A stretch of 51,480 nucleotides of DNA, taken from NCBI GenBank assembly GCA_035264145.1, contig DATFQP010000098.1, positions 1 through 51,480 on the forward strand. The letters are read 5' to 3'. The DNA comes from Propionibacteriaceae bacterium (GTDB lineage Bacteria; Actinomycetota; Actinomycetes; Propionibacteriales; Propionibacteriaceae). The notes beneath the pieces were generated by a model. That model was not told the DNA's origin. It worked only from the letters and a program-made list of their open reading frames with translations, and did not search any database. Made by a program: the position numbers and the translations under genes. Positions 1-10,099 of this stretch are shown in pieces; position 1 is the stretch's first letter; each line of letters begins with the position of its first letter.

Positions 1-2
1 GT

Positions 3-350
3 TTCGGTGTCTTCGAAAAGGTCCATCGAGCAGCCCGCATGGTCCGCAATCCTCGAACCGGAGAACGGAAACGGGCGAAGGCGACCGCAGTCCCGCGGTT
101 TCGTGCCGGCTCAGAGCTGAAGGCGTACGTTTCTGGCGCCAGGAAGCTGCCGAAGGGTGGAGCGAAGAAGGCCTCTACAGCGGTGAAGACGGCAACCGCT
201 GCGCCGGCCAAGAGCGCCGCGACAAAGACCAGCCCGGCCAAGGCGACGGCCAGCAAGTCCACCGCTCCGAAGACTGCCAGCAAAGGTCCGGCCAAGTCCA
301 CCGCCGCGGCCAAGAAGTCCTCAACCAAGAAATCCGCCGCGACTCGCTGA
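3..350 (+). CDS. hup: HU-family DNA-binding protein with Lys/Ala-rich C-terminal tail (HupB/HupS type), 5'-truncated by window edge
   Basis: Frame is open from position 3: [21 protein letters not shown]...VPRFRAG is the HU arm motif, followed by [10 protein letters not shown]-type repeats. Confidence 0.93.
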   Translation, partial: FGVFEKVHRAARMVRNPRTGERKRAKATAVPRFRAGSELKAYVSGARKLPKGGAKKASTAVKTATAAPAKSAATKTSPAKATASKSTAPKTASKGPAKSTAAAKKSSTKKSAATR

Positions 351-355
351 ACTGA

Positions 356-1219
356 TCAATCCAGCCAGGCAGAGAGCACCTGGCTGTCGGCGACGGCTGC
401 ATGCAGCCGCTGGCCAGGCGGCGTTGACCGCTCGCTCAAGGCGGCTGCCGGCATGATCAGCCGGTCGCCGTCCGCCGTCACCGCGTACTGCATCTCACCC
501 GACGGCTCGTCCACCACGATCAACTCATATCGGCCGAGCCGCCCGCGCTGGTCGAACAACTTCGCCGTGGCTGATCCCATCCCCAGGAAGTAGGCGTCGT
601 ACAGGTCCACCTCGCTGTCCACATCGCGGCGCGCGTCTGCAAGCGGCCCGCCCAACTCAGCCGCACTCAGTGCGACGGCTCCCGACTCCCGATGGCCGGC
701 GGCGGAGCGGCCCTGAAACTGTGGGTCCAGCTGGGTACCAGAGGCGATCAGCATCGTGGTTCCCGTACCGGAGGCATCTGCGACGAATGCCCGTCCTGGA
801 TTGATGGCCGCGGCGAGCACCGCTCGAACCGAGGCCGGCCGCAGGGCCGGGAGATCACCGACACAGGCCAAGGTGGCAGAAAAGCCCGCCGCCGTCGCAG
901 CCTTCTCACCGTGTCGCAACGCAGCGTTCATCCCGGCGATCACCGGTTCAGCCAGGACTCGAGCTGAGATCTGTTCGCGGTTCAGGCGTGTCCCCAACTC
1001 CGGCTGATTGCTGATCACGATCACCGGAAGCACTGCGGTCAGTGCTCGCAGGGTGTCCACCGCCATGGTCCAGGCCAGTCGCCGGCGGAGTGGAGCCGGC
1101 ACAGACGCAAGTCGAGATTTCGCCACGTCTGAGCGCTTCAGGGCCACCAGCCCGACGCATCCCTCTGCGGCCGGATTCTCGCCGTCCCGCAGCCCAGCTC
1201 CCTGCTCCTGGCTTGCCAT
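356..1219 (-). CDS. cofC: 2-phospho-L-lactate/PEP guanylyltransferase (F420 biosynthesis) with C-terminal extension
   Basis: VALKRSDVAKSRL, GMNAAL, GDLPALRP, DASGTGTT and RRDVD motifs; usual position between hup and the acyltransferase-gpsA pair. Confidence 0.9.
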   Translation of the reverse strand: MASQEQGAGLRDGENPAAEGCVGLVALKRSDVAKSRLASVPAPLRRRLAWTMAVDTLRALTAVLPVIVISNQPELGTRLNREQISARVLAEPVIAGMNAALRHGEKAATAAGFSATLACVGDLPALRPASVRAVLAAAINPGRAFVADASGTGTTMLIASGTQLDPQFQGRSAAGHRESGAVALSAAELGGPLADARRDVDSEVDLYDAYFLGMGSATAKLFDQRGRLGRYELIVVDEPSGEMQYAVTADGDRLIMPAAALSERSTPPGQRLHAAVADSQVLSAWLD

Positions 1220-1313
1220 GATCTTGCGATGCTGCCACGAAGAATCCCGTAGGGTGAAGCCGGCTCGTCGCGCTCAGCGTCGCGAGTAGTGAGGACATCA
1301 CGCGCGAGAGAAG

Positions 1314-2102
1314 GTGAGCATGAAGCGTCGGGATCCTCTTGACGCCTTGGCGCCCCTCTCGCAGGTCAACACCGAGCCGGCGGAGCCGGCGCTGGTGCGC
1401 ACGGTCAGGTTGTTGGACGCGATCATGCGGCCGTGGACCAGACGAGATTGGCAAGATCAGCACAAGATTCCGCAGACCGGCGGCGCGATCTTCGCGGTCA
1501 ATCACATCTCCAACGCCGATCCGCCGGCGGTAGGCCAGTTCTTGGCTTTCTCCGGTCGCTGGCCGCGGTTCCTCGCCAAGTCATCGCTCTTCGACGTCCC
1601 GATCGTCGGTCGAGTACTACGGGCGTGCGGACAGATTCCGGTGCAGCGCCAGTCTCCAGCCGCCGCCGACGCCTTGGCTGCAGCGGTTCGCGCCGTCGAG
1701 CTCGGCCAGGCCGTCACCGTCTATCCGGAGGGTACGATCACCCGCGACCCTGGCCTGTGGCCAATGGCAGGTAGGACTGGTGCCGCTCGCATCTGCCTGC
1801 AGACGGGCTGTCCGGTGATTCCGATCGGACAGTGGGGTGCCCATGACATCATGCCCGGCACCCGGATCGGTCTGCCGAGGCTCCTGCCGCGCAAGACCTT
1901 GCGATTCAAGACCGGCGACCCGGTCGAGCTCGACGACCTGCGTTCACACGAGCTGACCTCCCCGATCCTGATCGAAGCAACGGACCGGATCATGGACGCG
2001 ATCACGTCGCTCGTGGCCGATCTCCGTGGCGATGTTCCACCGTCGCAGCGCTTCGACCCGCGTGCCCCTCAGGACAAACCACCGGACTGGGACATCCCGT
2101 GA
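1314..2102 (+). CDS. Lysophospholipid acyltransferase (PlsC family)
   Basis: NHISNAD (HX4D), FLAKSSLF, YPEGT and GAAR blocks; 4-bp overlap with gpsA. Confidence 0.92.
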   Translation: MSMKRRDPLDALAPLSQVNTEPAEPALVRTVRLLDAIMRPWTRRDWQDQHKIPQTGGAIFAVNHISNADPPAVGQFLAFSGRWPRFLAKSSLFDVPIVGRVLRACGQIPVQRQSPAAADALAAAVRAVELGQAVTVYPEGTITRDPGLWPMAGRTGAARICLQTGCPVIPIGQWGAHDIMPGTRIGLPRLLPRKTLRFKTGDPVELDDLRSHELTSPILIEATDRIMDAITSLVADLRGDVPPSQRFDPRAPQDKPPDWDIP

Positions 2103-3100
2103 CGACCGCCCGAGTGGCAGTCATGGGTTCTGGTTCCTGGGGCACAGCCTTCGCGATGGTGTTGTGCGACGCCGGTAACGAGGTCCAGCTCTGGGCCCGT
2201 CGGCCGGAGCTTGCCGCGGCCATCAATCAGGAGCACCGGAATCTCGATTACTTCCCGACCATCGGACTCCCCGAAGGCCTGCGAGCGGTCAGCGATGCCA
2301 ATGAGGCCGTGGACGCCGCTGACTTCGTCGTACTGGCGGTGCCGTCGCAATCGCTGCGCGAAAACTTGAACCATTGGGTCCTACCCTCGGACGCGATCCT
2401 GGTGAGCCTGGCCAAAGGCATCGAGGCCGGGACTGGGCTGCGGATGAGTGAGGTGATCAGCGAGGTCGTTGGGGTGCCGGCCGAACGGATCGCGATCGTC
2501 ACCGGTCCGAACCTGGCCCGGGAGATCGCTGAACGGCAACCGTCGGCCAGCGTGGTGGCGAGCAGCTATCTGCCGACCGCGGAGGCGCTGCAAGGTGTTT
2601 GCCATACCGGTCGTTTCCGGGCGTATACGAACACAGACGTTGTCGGTTGCGAGCTGGGAGGTGCTGCCAAGAACGTCATCGCGCTGGCCGTGGGTATGGC
2701 GATCGGATTGGGTCTCGGAGCGAACGCGACCGCATCAGTGATCACCCGGGGGCTGGCCGAGATCGCGCGGCTCGGTGCCGCGCTGGGAGCGGACCCGCAC
2801 ACGTTCTCTGGTCTCGCCGGCCTGGGTGATCTGGTGGCCACATGCTCCTCACCGTTGTCACGTAACCGGACGTTCGGCGAGGAACTGGGCCGAGGGCGCA
2901 CCGTCGCCGATATCGCAGCAGGCACCCGCCAGGTCGCTGAGGGTGTCAAGTCGTGTGCGTCGATCGAGCTGCTGGCCGCCGGGCAGAACGTAGAGATGCC
3001 GATCGCGGCTGCCGTGGCGGAGGTGATTGCCGGCCGGCTGACCCCCTCAGAGATGATCGACTCGCTGATGTCGCGGTCCGCAAAGCCAGAAAGGTACTGA
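2099..3100 (+). CDS. gpsA: NAD(P)H-dependent glycerol-3-phosphate dehydrogenase
   Basis: GSGSWGTA Rossmann motif, KGIE, GPNLA, KNVIA and GLGDLVATC..SRN. Confidence 0.97.
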   Translation: MTTARVAVMGSGSWGTAFAMVLCDAGNEVQLWARRPELAAAINQEHRNLDYFPTIGLPEGLRAVSDANEAVDAADFVVLAVPSQSLRENLNHWVLPSDAILVSLAKGIEAGTGLRMSEVISEVVGVPAERIAIVTGPNLAREIAERQPSASVVASSYLPTAEALQGVCHTGRFRAYTNTDVVGCELGGAAKNVIALAVGMAIGLGLGANATASVITRGLAEIARLGAALGADPHTFSGLAGLGDLVATCSSPLSRNRTFGEELGRGRTVADIAAGTRQVAEGVKSCASIELLAAGQNVEMPIAAAVAEVIAGRLTPSEMIDSLMSRSAKPERY

Positions 3101-4237
3101 TCAGCCGACCGGCAAAGCCTGCTCAAGGTCGGCCCAGAGGTCCTCGACGTGCTCGATGCCGACCGACATCCGGACCAGGCCCTCCGGCACCGTGAGCAGC
3201 TCACCGCGCCAGCGGCGGCGGCGCTCCAGGGTCGATTCCACTCCCCCCAGACTCGTGGCGTGAACCCACAAGCGGAGCCGGTCGACGAAGGTGTTGGCGG
3301 CGGCCGCGTCTGCGAGCTCGATGGCCAGCAGCGAGCCGAAGCCGGCCATCGTGCGACTGGCCACCTGGTGGCCGGGATCGTTCGGCAGGCCCGGGAAGCG
3401 GATCCGGCATACCGCCGGATGTCGATCCAGGCGCTCGGCCAGGACCGCGGCATTCATCTGCGCTCGGTCCAGGCGCACGGCCAGGGTGCGCAGCCCCCGA
3501 AGAACCAGGTAGGACTCCATCACCCCCGGAACGGCGCCGTGGACTTTGCGAGTGACCTCCAGCCGGTTGTACAGATCATCCCGGTCGTGGCGCACGACCA
3601 CAGCGCCGAGTAGCGCGTCGGAGTGACCGGAGATGAGTTTGGTCGCGGAGTGCAGCACCAGATGGGCCTGCTGGCTGAGCGGCTGCTGGAGGAGGGGCGT
3701 CGCGAAGGTGTTGTCGACCACCACGACCGCCGTATCGGAAGCAGCGGCGGCAATAGCTGGCAGATCGGCGACCTCGATGGTCGGATTGGTGGGGGACTCG
3801 ATCCACACCAGATCGGCGCCTTCGGCTGCCTCCAGCACGGCAACAGTGTCGGCGACCGCCACCCTGCGCACGGTCCAGTCGAGGAGCGCGGCGCGCTCGT
3901 CGACCAGGGCAGAGACTCCGAGATAGCAGCTCTCCGGCAAGACGACCGTCGCACCGGCAGGCAGCAGCTCGACGATCGCGTGGGCCGCGGCCATCCCGGA
4001 GCTGAACGTCAGTGCCCGCCCTCCCTCCAGCTCGCCGATCGCACGCTCCAGTGCATGCCAGGTCGGGTTGGCATACCGACCGTAACCGAGGTCCCCGGCG
4101 TCAGGATGATGTGATCCGACGTAGGTCGAGGCGAACACGGCCGGTTGGTTGAAGGGGGCGTCGACCCGGCGCTCCGGTCGGCCGGAGGTGACGGCTACGG
4201 TGTCCGGTCGAAGCTCACCCGTCCTGGTTTCGCTCAT
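3101..4237 (-). CDS. PLP-dependent trans-sulfuration enzyme (cystathionine gamma-synthase/lyase family)
   Basis: YGRYANPT, FSSGMAA, WIESPTNP, VDNTFATP, HSATKLISGHSD and SLGGVES motifs. Start moved to ATG 4237 (MSETRTGELRPDT) to remove the overlap with ddl. Confidence 0.92.
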   Translation of the reverse strand: MSETRTGELRPDTVAVTSGRPERRVDAPFNQPAVFASTYVGSHHPDAGDLGYGRYANPTWHALERAIGELEGGRALTFSSGMAAAHAIVELLPAGATVVLPESCYLGVSALVDERAALLDWTVRRVAVADTVAVLEAAEGADLVWIESPTNPTIEVADLPAIAAAASDTAVVVVDNTFATPLLQQPLSQQAHLVLHSATKLISGHSDALLGAVVVRHDRDDLYNRLEVTRKVHGAVPGVMESYLVLRGLRTLAVRLDRAQMNAAVLAERLDRHPAVCRIRFPGLPNDPGHQVASRTMAGFGSLLAIELADAAAANTFVDRLRLWVHATSLGGVESTLERRRRWRGELLTVPEGLVRMSVGIEHVEDLWADLEQALPVG

Positions 4238-4319
4238 GTGCTCAGTCTCGCGCGCCTTCCTCGTTCGGTCGCATACTCCCGGTAGGGTGTCGGATCGGTA
4301 TCGTCGGGGAGAGGACGTC

Positions 4320-5465
4320 ATGAGCGACGATCGGCCGGTTGCCGGAACCACCACAGCCACCCGTACGCGGGTCGCCGTGATTTTCGGCGGCACCAGCGGT
4401 GAACATGGGGTGTCCTGTCTGACGGCGGCGGCCGTACTGGCCGCAATGAACCGTGACCGTTATGACGTCGTCGGGGTCGGCATAACTCCGTCCGGCCGAT
4501 GGGTTCGGGTGAGCGAAGCGGCGATCGCCAGCCTGCGTCAGACGAACGGTCACCTGCCCGTCCTGGGTGAGGACGCTCACGACGCCATGCTGGTCCGAGG
4601 GGTGACCGGTAGCGAGCTGGCTGTCCGTGACAAGTCCGCACTCGAGCAGCTAGGTCCGGTCGATGTCGCCTTGTCGCTGTTGCACGGCCCGTTCGGTGAG
4701 GATGGCACCATTCAGGGTCTGTTCGAGATGATGGGGACCCGCTACGTCGGCGCTGGTGTGCTGGCCAGCGCGGTCGGCATGGACAAGCACTACATGAAAC
4801 TGGTGCTCGCCGCGTCCGGGCTGCCGATCGGTCCGTTCGTGGCCATCACGCCAGGCGAATGGGTTCGCGACAAGGTGGCGTGCCTGGACGCGTGCTCGGC
4901 GCTGCATTTCCCGGTATTCGTCAAGCCGGCCCGTGGCGGCTCGAGTCTGGGAATCACCAGAGTCGAGCGCCCCGACCAGCTGCAGGCAGCCATCGAAGAG
5001 GCTCGTCGATTCGATCCGAAGGTAATTGTCGAGCACGGCTTCGTCGGTGCTCGTGAGCTGGAGTGCGGGGTGTTGGAGTCGCTCAACGGTGGGCGGCCGG
5101 TGGCCAGCGAGGTCGCCGAGATTCGGGTGCGAAACGATTCCGGCTTCTACGACTACCGGACGAAGTATCTTGCTGCCGAGCAGGTTGAGCTCGACGTACC
5201 GGCTGAGGTCGAGGCGCCCGTCGCTGAAGAGGTGCGGTCGCTGGCAGTGCGAACGTTCGAAGCGATCGGCTGCGAGGGCCTGGCCAGGGTGGACGTCTTC
5301 GTCACACACGAGGGCCGCATCATGATCAACGAGATCAATACCATGCCTGGCTTCACGGCTCACTCGATGTTTCCACGTGTGTGGGCTGCCAGCGGCCTGG
5401 ACTACCCCGCCCTGATCGACCGGTTGATCACCCTGGCACTGCGCCGCCCGGTCGGCCTCCGCTAG
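4320..5465 (+). CDS. ddl: D-alanine--D-alanine ligase
   Basis: FGGTSGEHGVS, LHGPFGEDGTIQG, MDK, KPARGGSS, FYDY..KY and NEINTMPGFT. ATG 4320 follows GAGAGGA SD. Confidence 0.96.
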   Translation: MSDDRPVAGTTTATRTRVAVIFGGTSGEHGVSCLTAAAVLAAMNRDRYDVVGVGITPSGRWVRVSEAAIASLRQTNGHLPVLGEDAHDAMLVRGVTGSELAVRDKSALEQLGPVDVALSLLHGPFGEDGTIQGLFEMMGTRYVGAGVLASAVGMDKHYMKLVLAASGLPIGPFVAITPGEWVRDKVACLDACSALHFPVFVKPARGGSSLGITRVERPDQLQAAIEEARRFDPKVIVEHGFVGARELECGVLESLNGGRPVASEVAEIRVRNDSGFYDYRTKYLAAEQVELDVPAEVEAPVAEEVRSLAVRTFEAIGCEGLARVDVFVTHEGRIMINEINTMPGFTAHSMFPRVWAASGLDYPALIDRLITLALRRPVGLR

Positions 5466-5479
5466 CTTTCGCCGCCCGG

Positions 5480-5908
5480 CTAGAGGCAGGGCTTGAGCAG
5501 GGGGTCGTGCCTGCTGACGGTGGCCGCCAGATCCACCAGGGCGTTCGCTTCTGGCGCGTACTCCGAGGGAACACCGACCTCGATAAAGGCGGTTCGTCCG
5601 ATGGTGGTGAACAGATAACCTCCGGACGCCTCCTCGGCGAACCAGCCGACTCCGTTGACTTCGTAGCAAGGGCTGGCGGCAGTGAGCTTCGGTGGCTTCT
5701 CGACTCCACAGCGCAGCGTGATCGCCGGGTCGCCCCAGGCCGCGGAGCGACGCCCCGGCTCGACCTTCCGTCGCTGCTCATCAAGAACAGTCACCGGCAG
5801 GTCGGCCAGCACAGCGGTGCAGACCTGCTCCGATTGACCTATGGGCGCCGGATCCGGCATCGACACGGCACTTGAGCAGGCGGTAACGCTGATCGCCGCG
5901 GCAAGCAC
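5480..5908 (-). CDS. DUF3515-family lipoprotein
   Basis: Lipobox VTAC; AAWGDPAITLRCGV and CYEVNGVGW; usual position between ddl and thiL. Confidence 0.85.
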   Translation of the reverse strand: MLAAAISVTACSSAVSMPDPAPIGQSEQVCTAVLADLPVTVLDEQRRKVEPGRRSAAWGDPAITLRCGVEKPPKLTAASPCYEVNGVGWFAEEASGGYLFTTIGRTAFIEVGVPSEYAPEANALVDLAATVSRHDPLLKPCL

Positions 5909-5931
5909 GGCCGCGTCACTAGCGCGCAGCT

Positions 5932-6168
5932 TCAGATGTGGACGACTGGACAGGTGACCGTCCGGGTAATGCCCGGCACCCCCTGGACCTGCGCTACCAC
6001 CAGCTGGCCGAGTTCGTCCACGCTGGCCGCTTCAGCCCGAACGATGACGTCGTACGGTCCCGTGACATCCTCGGCCAGCGTGACGCCCTGGATGGCACCG
6101 ATGGCACGTGCTACATCGGCCGCCTTGCCGACATTGGTCTGGACCAAGATGTACGCCTGTACGACCAT
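5932..6168 (-). CDS. Lrp/AsnC ligand-binding (RAM) domain protein
   Basis: MVVQAYILVQT..GKA, VTGPYDVI and GITRTVTCPVVH; divergent from thiL. Confidence 0.92.
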   Translation of the reverse strand: MVVQAYILVQTNVGKAADVARAIGAIQGVTLAEDVTGPYDVIVRAEAASVDELGQLVVAQVQGVPGITRTVTCPVVHI

Positions 6169-6291
6169 CCGGACTCCTTCGTTGCCGACAATGAGGCGAT
6201 CTGCTTCGCCAGCCGATAGCCCGCGTACGCTCGCCGATGTGCGTCACGCTACATCGTTCGCTTCGGTAAGGAACCCCCTGGAGCTTGCGAG

Positions 6292-7278
6292 ATGCCGGTA
6301 GGCCCGCCGACGCCTACCCAGACCGTGGGCGAGCTTGGTGAGTTCGCGCTCATCGAGACCTTGATCGGCGGACTCACATCGACTCCCGGAGTGCTGATCG
6401 GGCCTGGGGATGACGCCGCGGCGATCGCCACTTCGGGCACACTCCTGAGCTCGGTAGACGTGCTCGTCGAGGGTGTGCATTTCCGGCGCGACTGGGCCGA
6501 GGCCGGTGATGTGGGGCGCAAGTCGGTGGCGGTCAACGTCGCCGACATCGAAGCCATGGGTGGACGCGCAATGGGCATACTTGTCGGGTTCTCCAGCCCG
6601 GGCGACCTGCCGGTGGCGTGGGCACGGGAATTCGCCGCCGGCTTGCAGACCGAGTGCGCGGCCGCGGGAGTGGCCCTGCTCGGTGGAGACGTGACTCGGG
6701 CTCGCGACGTGACCGTCGCGGTGACGGTGCTGGGCGTTACAGACGGCGTCGAGCCGGTGCGCCGGGGCGGCGCCCAGCCGGGTGATGTCGTCGCGTTGAT
6801 CGGCCGCGTGGGGTGGGCGGGAGCCGGTTTCCTTGTGCTAAGTCGTGGCTTTCGATCCCCTCGAGCCGTGGTGGATGCCTACCGGGTACCGCAGGTGCGC
6901 TATGGCGCTGGTGGCGTGGCCGCCCGGGCGGGCGCCCATGCCATGATCGACGTCTCCGACGGCCTGCTGGCTGATCTTGGTCACCTGGCGGCCGCCTCCG
7001 GTGTCGAGATCGATCTCCGTCGGGACGCCTTTGATGTGCCCGAAGCGCTGCAAGCGGTGGCGGCCGCGACCAACACCGATCCGTACTCGTTGATCTTGAC
7101 CGGGGGTGAGGATCATGCGCTGGCCGCCACCTTCGCAGCGTCCAGCCCGCTTCCCGAGGGATGGCTTCCAATCGGATCGGTGCGGGCGCCCGGCGTCGAT
7201 GGCCCACGCGTCTTGGTCGATGGAGTTAGCTGGGAGTCGGCCACCGGCTTCGATCACTTCCGGTCCGGGCGGAGCTGA
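6292..7278 (+). CDS. thiL: Thiamine-monophosphate kinase
   Basis: LGEFALI, GPGDDAA, DVLVEGVHF, NVADIEAMG, GGD, IDVSDGL and GGED. Confidence 0.96.
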   Translation: MPVGPPTPTQTVGELGEFALIETLIGGLTSTPGVLIGPGDDAAAIATSGTLLSSVDVLVEGVHFRRDWAEAGDVGRKSVAVNVADIEAMGGRAMGILVGFSSPGDLPVAWAREFAAGLQTECAAAGVALLGGDVTRARDVTVAVTVLGVTDGVEPVRRGGAQPGDVVALIGRVGWAGAGFLVLSRGFRSPRAVVDAYRVPQVRYGAGGVAARAGAHAMIDVSDGLLADLGHLAAASGVEIDLRRDAFDVPEALQAVAAATNTDPYSLILTGGEDHALAATFAASSPLPEGWLPIGSVRAPGVDGPRVLVDGVSWESATGFDHFRSGRS

Positions 7279-7553
7279 GCCGATGCACAGAAGTCCCGGT
7301 TGCGAGTGCTCAGCACGCAGAATCACACCTCGGCTGGGCAGAATCAGAGCGCGCGAAGACGAGTGACTGGTGACACCGGGATGGCCGCCGACCACCTTCG
7401 GTATCAGACCAACCGATCATCTCTGGCAGGGCAGACTCTGGCTGGGCACGGAGCCGCAGCGCTGATCGCGGCGGCTGCCGATCGGCGGAATGACCGCCCG
7501 CTCGACGGCGTGTGACCCGCTGCAGGCTCCGGGTGATCGCGTAGCCTCCCATC

Positions 7554-10079
7554 ATGGCGACCCGCGCGTCTTCCCCACCGCGGTCTCGTGGCAGTTCTGG
7601 AACTCGATCCAAAACAGCACGTCCGCGGTCAGCCGGAAGCTCGAAGAGACATTCCCGCCCGAGTGCCTTGCCCAGCGGCCGGCACGGCCGATCGACATCT
7701 CGGTCCAGAAAGTCGAGCAGAGCCAACCGGTCCTCCGCCCTGGGTGCGCTGGGCCGTGGGGCGGCGCGAGGGTGGATGGCCTTGGCCGGCGCCTTGGGCA
7801 GCGCAACGCGGCGGGTGCACGGCGAGTCATTGGACATCGATCCGGCATTGCGCCGAGACGGCGTGGGATTGCTCCTCCTGGCATGCGCTCTGGTCGTGGC
7901 CGCCGAGTTCTGGTGGGGTCTCCCCGACTCGATGGGCCAGATGATCAAGGTTCTGGTCTCCAGCGTGATCGGCACCCTGAGTTACGCCGCACCCATCCTG
8001 TTGGCGCTGATGTCCTGGCGCACACTGCGGCATCCGAGTCGCAATGGTCCGCTGGGCCGCCAGGTCATCGGCTGGTCGGCCCTCCTGCTGGGCCTCCTCG
8101 GCCTGATCAACATCGCGCGCGGCCTGCCTCGGACCAACCACCCGGGGCGTCTGCGCGATGCCGGCGGGATCATCGGGTACATCTCCTCTAGCCTGCTGAC
8201 CGACCTGCTCTCGGTGTACGTTGCGGTGCCTTTGTTGATCATGCTGCTGCTCTTCGGGGTGCTCGTGGTGGTCGGCATTCCGATGCATCAGGTGGTCGAA
8301 CGGATCCGAGTGGCTCGTGATCGGGTCCGCAAACCCCTGGTGATCGAAGGCGAGGTCATCGGCGATCGAGCCCAGCTCGGTGCGGGCCAGCCCTACGAGA
8401 CGCCACTCGTCCACGGCCACGTAGATCCCGACCGATCCACCGATGGCGACGCGGATGACGATGCCGACAACTCTGAGTTCGAGGCCCGTCGGGTGACAGC
8501 CGGCTTGCCACCTGATGTCACTGTCCATGGGACCGGAGCGAACGGCGAAGAGCTCGAGGCACCTCCACACACGCCCCTCCCACAGCGGGTCGAGCAGCTC
8601 GAGCTCTCAGGCGACGTGCAATACCTGCTCCCCGACTCCGAAACTCTCAAGAAGGGCAGCATCCACAAGGCGCGAACCGATGTCAGCGATCGCGTGGTGC
8701 ACCGGCTCACTGAAGTGCTGCGCCAGTTCGAAATCGACGCGACGGTCACTGGTTACAGCCGAGGACCGACCGTCACTCGGTACGAGGTCGAATTGGGCCA
8801 GGCAGTGAAGGTGGAGAAAGTCACGGCGTTGAGCCGGAACATAGCCTACGCGGTAGCCAGCGCCGATGTGCGGATCCTGTCGCCGATCCCGGGAAAGTCC
8901 GCAATCGGGATCGAGATACCGAACCTCGACAAAGAAGTCGTCTCCCTCGGCGACGTCCTCCGCTCCGCTCGGGCCCGCAATGATCATCACCCGATGACCG
9001 TTGGTCTGGGCAAGGATGTCGAGGGCGGTTTCGTGATCGCCAACTTGGCGAAGATGCCGCACCTCCTGGTGGCGGGTGCAACCGGTTCCGGCAAATCGAG
9101 CTTCGTCAACTCGATGATCACTTCGATTTTGATGCGATCCACTCCGGACGAGGTCCGGTTGATGCTGGTGGATCCGAAGCGAGTGGAGCTGACAGCATAT
9201 GAAGGCATCCCGCATCTGGTGACTCCAATCATCACCGTGCCGAAGCGAGCCGCCGAGGCGCTGCAGTGGGTGGTCCGGGAGATGGACATGCGCTACGACG
9301 ACCTGGCTGCCTTCGGCTTCCGGCATGTCGACGACTTCAACAAGGCCATCCGGACAGGGGCGGTGAAGCCGCTACCGGGATCTGAACGAACGCTGGCTCC
9401 CTACCCGTACCTGCTGGTCATCGTCGACGAACTGTCGGACCTGATGATGGTGGCACCTCGTGACGTGGAGGATTCCATCGTCCGCATCACACAGCTGGCT
9501 CGGGCGGCAGGTATTCACCTGGTGCTGGCCACGCAGCGACCCAGCACGGACGTGGTCACGGGCCTGATCAAGGCCAACGTGCCCAGCCGGTTGGCGTTTG
9601 CCACCTCATCGATGACCGACTCCCGGGTGATCCTGGACCAGCCTGGAGCCGAGAAACTCGTCGGACAAGGTGATGGCCTTTTCCTGCCGATGGGGTTGAG
9701 CAAGCCGATCAGAATTCAGGGTGCCTGGGTGACCGAGACCGAGATCCACAAGGTCGTTGCCCACGTCTCTGGCCAGTTGAAGCCGACCTACCGGGATGAT
9801 GTCACCGCGACGCCGGAGTCTGCCACCAAGGTGGCCGAGGACATTGGTGATGATCTTCAGCTGGTGCTGCAGGCGGTCGAGCTAGTGGTCACCTTGCAGC
9901 TCGGCTCAACATCGATGCTGCAGCGCAAGCTCCGAGTCGGATTCGCCAAGGCTGGTCGGCTGATGGACATTCTCGAGACTCGCGGAGTCGTCGGCCCATC
10001 GGAGGGGTCGAAGCCACGGGAGGTACTCGTCAAGCCCGACGAGCTCGAAGCAGTGCTGGAGAACCTCCGAACGGGCTGA
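7554..10079 (+). CDS. ftsK: DNA translocase FtsK
   Basis: N-terminal TM segments; [31 protein letters not shown]; gamma domain [22 protein letters not shown]. Confidence 0.98.
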   Translation: MATRASSPPRSRGSSGTRSKTARPRSAGSSKRHSRPSALPSGRHGRSTSRSRKSSRANRSSALGALGRGAARGWMALAGALGSATRRVHGESLDIDPALRRDGVGLLLLACALVVAAEFWWGLPDSMGQMIKVLVSSVIGTLSYAAPILLALMSWRTLRHPSRNGPLGRQVIGWSALLLGLLGLINIARGLPRTNHPGRLRDAGGIIGYISSSLLTDLLSVYVAVPLLIMLLLFGVLVVVGIPMHQVVERIRVARDRVRKPLVIEGEVIGDRAQLGAGQPYETPLVHGHVDPDRSTDGDADDDADNSEFEARRVTAGLPPDVTVHGTGANGEELEAPPHTPLPQRVEQLELSGDVQYLLPDSETLKKGSIHKARTDVSDRVVHRLTEVLRQFEIDATVTGYSRGPTVTRYEVELGQAVKVEKVTALSRNIAYAVASADVRILSPIPGKSAIGIEIPNLDKEVVSLGDVLRSARARNDHHPMTVGLGKDVEGGFVIANLAKMPHLLVAGATGSGKSSFVNSMITSILMRSTPDEVRLMLVDPKRVELTAYEGIPHLVTPIITVPKRAAEALQWVVREMDMRYDDLAAFGFRHVDDFNKAIRTGAVKPLPGSERTLAPYPYLLVIVDELSDLMMVAPRDVEDSIVRITQLARAAGIHLVLATQRPSTDVVTGLIKANVPSRLAFATSSMTDSRVILDQPGAEKLVGQGDGLFLPMGLSKPIRIQGAWVTETEIHKVVAHVSGQLKPTYRDDVTATPESATKVAEDIGDDLQLVLQAVELVVTLQLGSTSMLQRKLRVGFAKAGRLMDILETRGVVGPSEGSKPREVLVKPDELEAVLENLRTG

Positions 10080-10099
10080 TCCGTCATACTGGGCGCCTC

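Noticed and set aside
6169-6291. TPP riboswitch upstream of thiL
   Set aside because: No CTGAGA / ACCTGA...TAATGC core on either strand in this short divergent gap.
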